From: Pelagomonas calceolata
Taxonomy: Eukaryota
Reading direction: 5' to 3'
DNA length: 64,000 bases
NCBI GenBank assembly: GCA_918797485.1
Contig: CAKKNE010000005.1
Location: 2,666,001 to 2,730,000, forward strand
Both the position numbers and the translations under genes were made by a program. Each line of letters begins with the position of its first letter. Position 1 is the first letter of the stretch. Shown piece after piece: positions 61,635 through 64,000 of this stretch. The notes below the pieces were generated by a model. That model had not been told where the DNA came from. It made no database searches and was given only the letters and a program-made list of their open reading frames with translations.

Positions 61635-62551
61635 CTAGCCGAGCGTCGGGTGCATGAGCGCGAGGTAGAGCTCGCGTTTTCCGGGCAGCGGGTGGCCGCC
61701 GAAGGACACTCCACTGCGACTTCGAAGCCGGCCGACGTGAGCGTTTCCACGAGGATGTCGGCCGGCGCCCCGATGGCCTTCAGCGTGGCGGTTCCCTCCG
61801 GTGCGACCGCGTGGACGAGCGGCAGAGCTGCCTCGTGAGAGCCGAGCAGGGGGCCAATGACGCGACCGCCGTCGCGCCCGACAATAGAGATCGCGGCGCC
61901 AACTACTTCGCCCGACGCCTTGTCGCGCGCAATCGCGGAGAGGGCGCCATCTTTATCCAGGAGCGTCTGCAAGGCCCGTTTCCGGTCCAACCCCGTAGCC
62001 GTCTGGTCGATCGCGGCGATCGCGTCGACGCTGGCGCAGCAGCCATCGACTTCGACGTCGGCGCTCATAGTCCCCTTGAGTTTGCTCGCATCGGCGACGC
62101 GTAAGGACGTGATCTGATTCGTGACGCCGTAGCCCATCTTCTCGTACATGGGGCGGCCCATGTCGGTCGCGACCCCGAGGATGACGGGACACGCCTTGCG
62201 GTCGGCCGGCACCGCCCCGAGACCCGCGTTCATTAGCTTCTTGCCGAGGCCCTGGCCGCGCGCCGCCGGACTCACGAGCATCATTCCGAGGCCGTTCGCT
62301 CGCTCGTAGTCCGCTCGGAAAAGGCAGCCGAGTAACTTGCCGTCGTCGCCCTCGACGACCCAGCCCGAATCGCACGCGGCGTCGGCGAGGAACGTCCACT
62401 CGTCCGGTCCGTAGAAATCCCAGCCACATGCTGCTGCCAAATCCACAAGCTTGGGGACTTGTGCGAGGACCGCGGCGCGGGTCGCGAGCGGTTTCACGAG
62501 AGCTGTGACGGACGAGGCCATCGCGACGGCGAGAGTCAAGCGCACACGCAT
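61635..62551 (-). CDS. Tandem GNAT acetyltransferase (YitH-like), frameshifted near C-terminus
   Basis: GLGMMLVSPAARGQGLGKKL, ATDMGRPMYEKMGY, RVIGPL. The natural-looking end GGHPLPGKRELYLALMHPTLG* lies in another frame (stop at 61635). Confidence 0.8.
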
Positions 62552-62852
62552 GCGACGGACGCGCTAGGAGCCTCGATTTGTCTCTTGGTCAGGAGAGCAT
62601 TTCCTTGGGATCTCAGGGGCGCATACGACACGCCCAAGTGCCAAAACCGCTCGCACACACCAGAGTCCGAACGCGACTGACAACTAACGACGTCGCTTGC
62701 AGCGAATCACGCCTTAGGCTGAGGCCAAAGGATCATTCAGAGCAGCTTGCGAGCGGTTACGAGGAGGGAAAGAGCGCCTTGGCCCACGCAAGGGCACGAT
62801 TGGGAGGCTCTTATTCGTCGCCCACGCGCAGGCGCTAGAAATTGTCCGACCA

Positions 62853-63401
62853 ATGCTGTCGCGCGCCTTCGCGCGACTCGGCGCCGCCGGCCTCGTCGGC
62901 GCGTCCGCCCTGTCCGCAAACGCGGCCTCGAGCCTCGCCGCGCCGAAGCAGGCCGATACACCATTCACGTTCCAGCGCATCGATCACATCGTCCTGCGTT
63001 GTCGCGACACGCAAAAGATGCTGGATTTTTACGTCGGAGTACTTGGTGCGGAGCCGGAATGGGTCGGCCGGATGGACGGGTGCTTGAGTCACTTGCGCAT
63101 CGGATCGAGCCTAATCGACCTCCAAGGTTACGAGTCGCCGGGCGGCCGAAAATTGCACGCCGGCGGCCAGGGCCTCCCCGCCGACGCGCCCGAGCCGGAG
63201 ATCGATCCCACGAAAGGAACGCTGGACCATTTCGCCATCAACCTGGCGCCATACGATGCGGAGGCGGTAACAGAGTACCTCACCGCTGCCGGCCACGCGC
63301 CCTACGCGCAGGGCCGACGCTACGGCGCGGACGGCGACGGCTACTCGATCTACCTCAAGGACCCCGAGGGCACCGTGGTAGAACTGAAATCGGGCAACTG
63401 A
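62853..63401 (+). CDS. VOC/glyoxalase family protein with mitochondrial-type presequence
   Basis: RIDHIVLR..FYVGVLG, LDHFAI, RYGADGDGYSIYLKDPEGTVVELK. Confidence 0.88.
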   Translation: MLSRAFARLGAAGLVGASALSANAASSLAAPKQADTPFTFQRIDHIVLRCRDTQKMLDFYVGVLGAEPEWVGRMDGCLSHLRIGSSLIDLQGYESPGGRKLHAGGQGLPADAPEPEIDPTKGTLDHFAINLAPYDAEAVTEYLTAAGHAPYAQGRRYGADGDGYSIYLKDPEGTVVELKSGN

Positions 63402-63418
63402 GTAAAAACAGTATATAG

Positions 63419-64000
63419 TTATGATGCAGACACTCGCGGCGACGACGGATTCGACGGAAGCCTCCGTCGCCGGAACAGGACGAAGCACGCGCCGGGCCGC
63501 GCGGACGAAAAGTCAGGCAGCCCCGGCGGCTTCTCGTCCACAGTGAATTCGCCGAACGTCGAGAGGTTCGCGCGCTCGACGCGCCCCGGCAGCAGCTCCC
63601 GATCCATGTTGACTGCTATTTTGGCCAGTGCCGGGTCGCGCGTCCAGAGACACGCCTCGTACGCGAACTTGTCCGACGTGTTTTTGGGGGCAACACACGT
63701 CACCCCTGACGCTATAGCCCCCGGCCCGCCCAGAAGCGACGCGTCGAGCGTGTCGCGCAGCTGGCGCTGCAAGCGCGAGAACATGCGCATCTTCTCGGTC
63801 GTCGAGTTGCCGCCCCAGGGCCACGCATCCAAATCCGGCTCCTCGATGAACCGCCGCGCCCAGCCAGCCGCGTCGTCCGGCGCTCGTTCCAGGTCCTCCA
63901 GATAGAGCTCGTCCTGTTTCAGGAGGTCATCAGCTTCCCGCGCGTTCGCCTCCGCCGGCGCCTCGCCACTGAGCATCGCGTCGACATCGCGGCGCCAGTC
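63419..64000 (-). CDS. Hypothetical protein, 5'-partial
   Basis: Frame of ORF 63419-63976 stays open to the window end. Confidence 0.6.
   Translation of the reverse strand, partial: DWRRDVDAMLSGEAPAEANAREADDLLKQDELYLEDLERAPDDAAGWARRFIEEPDLDAWPWGGNSTTEKMRMFSRLQRQLRDTLDASLLGGPGAIASGVTCVAPKNTSDKFAYEACLWTRDPALAKIAVNMDRELLPGRVERANLSTFGEFTVDEKPPGLPDFSSARPGACFVLFRRRRLPSNPSSPRVSAS

Noticed and set aside
1..64000. tRNA/rRNA genes, transposase or viral genes, and a functional gene cluster (e.g. phosphate scavenging by SPX-EXS plus nuclease)
   Set aside because: None recognised; the candidate genes are ~36 kb apart among unrelated genes.

Overview
GC-rich, gene-dense eukaryotic nuclear DNA from a stramenopile alga. 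A pelagophyte such as Pelagomonas or Aureococcus is inferred from ASAF-type plastid targeting peptides, TIR/TSD introner elements and MYND-RING-TPR genes. The window holds about 37 mostly single-exon protein genes, two cut by the window edges. Recognisable products: SPX-EXS phosphate exporter, YtcJ-like amidohydrolase, a 2558-aa RPGRIP1L-like C2/EF-hand protein, DeSI-UBL-PUB-STI1-UIM protein, Aha1_N-LRR, choline-transporter-like protein, CobW/ZNG1 GTPase, HACD fusion, TMTC-like protein, secreted endonuclease I, TraB-like protein, two JmjC proteins, SOUL, SGNH, GNATs and a VOC protein. No rRNA, tRNA, CRISPR or transposase gene was recognised. Two non-coding systems stand out. (1) All eight introns I could infer carry signatures of one introner DNA-transposon family (TIR CTGTGTGGAAATCAA, 8-bp TSD supplying the GT donor, internal CACGCCATCGA motif), ranging from intact to nearly erased. 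(2) A ~23-bp paired-CTAG element, GCTAGTGTCTTAC-n-CCGCTAGC, recurs about 15 times, roughly 70-330 bp upstream of start codons and nearly always oriented with the downstream gene, suggesting a promoter element. Several single-site frameshifts and one apparently decapitated gene are also visible. All protein calls are by-eye motif recognition, not database searches.
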